Source of the DNA: Antedon mediterranea
Taxonomy: Eukaryota; Animalia; Echinodermata
Direction: 5' to 3'
NCBI RefSeq assembly: GCF_964355755.1
Contig: NC_092672.1
Location: 25,178,437 to 25,242,436 of the forward strand
DNA length: 64,000 bases
In this document: positions 62,034 to 64,000 of the stretch, one piece after another
Position numbering within the stretch: the first letter of the stretch is position 1
How the letters are laid out: each line of letters opens with the position of its first letter
The notes under the pieces: generated by a model
Database searches by the model: none
Told to the model about the DNA's origin: nothing
The model's input: the letters and a program-made list of their open reading frames with translations, nothing else
Translations under genes and position numbers: made by a program

Positions 62034-62813
62034 TTGACTCTGGATAACGAATTGGACAACGGTAAACTGGAAGAGTTGCAAATTACGGTGACCAACAACA
62101 ACCGTATATTGTTATTGCATAAACAAGAAAAAAGAACCTATCACTGCGGTGCGGACATGAAGTATCCCATAACTTTGCACGGTGCCTTTTCCACACCGTG
62201 CGCATCGGAGAAAAAGAATGGTGTTGCCACCGCCATTGCGAATATTGCCAAAACCAATTCAATCAACAAAACACTATTTGCTAGATTTGTTGGACGAGCG
62301 ATGGAATCACATGCAAGCAGTGATTGGACTGCCATAATAAACATTCTTCAGATATCAGATCAAATGACGGTATTAAAAGAAAAATGTGAGTACAAACGAA
62401 AACGAATCTTAAAAGATTCTCTAATGGACAAGTATCCATCAACGAGAAGTTTTATTAGTGATGTAAATAATCTACCCTCATCTAACATTGGCATTCAACA
62501 ACTCGTAAGCCTATTGGAGCAGGCACGCCAAGATTTACGTGAAACAGAAACCAAATTGAGTACTTTACAAACACAATTCAATACCATGTTGATAGAATTC
62601 CAAAATCACATCACCAAATCGGAAGAAAGAGAAATCAAATATCAACAAGTAATAGAAAATATGCAAAAACGAGAAACCGATATGGTTTCTACGTTTCAAG
62701 ACAGTTTGCTTTCGATGGCCGATACTTTGCGTGATGAGATGCGCCAACAACTGACAAAACGAAAGCGTCTTCCTCAATGCGGCAATATTAAGAAAAAACA
62801 ACGAATCCATTGA
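62034..62813 (+). CDS. Coiled-coil/NLS protein, copy 3
   Basis: Translation identical to 50172-50951. Confidence 0.55.
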   Translation: MTLDNELDNGKLEELQITVTNNNRILLLHKQEKRTYHCGADMKYPITLHGAFSTPCASEKKNGVATAIANIAKTNSINKTLFARFVGRAMESHASSDWTAIINILQISDQMTVLKEKCEYKRKRILKDSLMDKYPSTRSFISDVNNLPSSNIGIQQLVSLLEQARQDLRETETKLSTLQTQFNTMLIEFQNHITKSEEREIKYQQVIENMQKRETDMVSTFQDSLLSMADTLRDEMRQQLTKRKRLPQCGNIKKKQRIH

Positions 62814-64000
62814 CTTTAAAAAAAAACAAAACATTGTTGTTGTTTTTGTAGTTTATTTTGTATTAGTAATTTTTTATTGTACAAATCAATGCCGTAATTG
62901 TAGTAGTAGTAATAGTAGTAGTGATAATAATAATAATTAAACGTTTCATTATTTCTATTTATAATTTATTGTACAAATCAATGCAATTTTAACGTTGCGT
63001 CTACCTCAATATAATAGTAACAACGAATTCATTAAGAAAACTAAAAATTGTAGTGTAGTAATAATCAATTCAATGCCGCAACAAACATTGTAGTAATAGT
63101 AGTGATAATACAATTAAACGTTTGAAAGAAAAAAAAAATATTGTGTTTTTTCTCTCTTCCAACGCGATGACGACGACGACAGCATTTTATGTGATTGTGA
63201 GAATGTTGATGAAGAAATAAAGAGAGAGAGAGAGAGACATGGATACGGTTTGCTTAGACACCCATGGATATTGACACCGTCAGTCCAGTCAAAAAATCAC
63301 CCTCACCATGGTATAAGAACGTACCCTAATTAAATTTCATCCGTAGGTTCTATGTATATAGGTAATAACATTTCTTGATGGTTGCGTCTTGCAAAACTTG
63401 GGATTTTACGAGAAAATTAGACTTTTTATACCCAATTTATAACCGCCTCATGTCGTATTATTGTGTACAGCGAATGCGACGAAGCGTGACTGAAATTACG
63501 AGACGCCGTTAGCGCCCGTTGAAAAATGCATTAACAAAGCTAAAAACCTACAAAATTAATAGTTTATACAAAAATTTAAATATAGTTTACAATAAATTGT
63601 ATAATAAAATACATAAAATTATAAAGAAAACCCAATTATAAACTAAAATATTTACAGATATGTGTTTAAAAATGTACAAATCAAAATGGCCTTTCATAGA
63701 ATAAAGTGCGCCCTCACGCGTCATACTTTTATCGGACTTGTATGAATGATTATAATATACGAAACCCGATGCGGTTTGTTAGTTATTGCCTCTGCAAGAG
63801 GCAGAATATTATTATTATATTTTCACAAATATATTTCTAGTTTTTATTATGGAAAAAAAAAAGGATTGTATATATTTAAACACATTAAAACCTCCAGTCT
63901 ACCATCATGATGGATTAAGTGAAGCGCCGTATTGTATCTGCTAAACGGTAATGATCTCCTAGTTATCTGGTTAGCCTATATTCTGGACATTCTTTTTTTA

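Larger units (their letters stand above)
47421..64000. repeat. Tandem amplification of a ~4.8-4.9 kb unit: three near-full copies plus one internally deleted ~2.1 kb copy (52208-54350)
   Basis: Identical ORFs at offsets +6945 and +4917 (50172, 57117, 62034). The partial copy has a deletion junction near 53318. Confidence 0.95.

Noticed and set aside
1-64000. Telomeric (TTAGGG)n integration repeats, tRNA or rRNA genes
   Set aside because: None were seen by eye; a tRNAscan or Infernal run would be needed to exclude them formally.

Overview
This is eukaryotic, AT-rich DNA that reads best as part of a large herpesvirus-like genome, probably endogenous (integrated and decaying) in an invertebrate host; both the integration and the host are inferred. 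Bases 1-35 kb hold densely packed, CpG-rich, intron-poor genes. They include exon 1 of a Herpesvirales-type terminase ATPase (LEPFQK and VPRRSGK motifs, with a splice donor at the herpes UL15-like position) and a Snf7/CHMP4-like ESCRT-III gene. Also present are a laminin-G-repeat surface protein, an F-box protein and a host-derived cell-death/immune toolkit. That toolkit comprises a spliced two-DED vFLIP, a decayed vFLIP paralogue, a Bcl-2-like domain that can splice in frame onto a Kelch protein, a spliced death-domain gene, a NEMO/TNIP2-type zinc-finger relic and CD225/dispanin copies. A membrane-protein gene has an ~8.1 kb intron containing a decayed Chapaev-type transposon (RAG1-N-terminus-like Chapa and RING motifs) and a Mutator-like MITE with a 9-bp TSD. 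The span ~35.6-47.7 kb is a modular satellite with a ~5.25 kb higher-order period and a perfect heat-shock element in each Y-type module. The span ~47.4-64 kb is a tandem amplification of a ~4.9 kb unit carrying a CD225 gene. All calls are from motif recognition by eye; no database searches were run.
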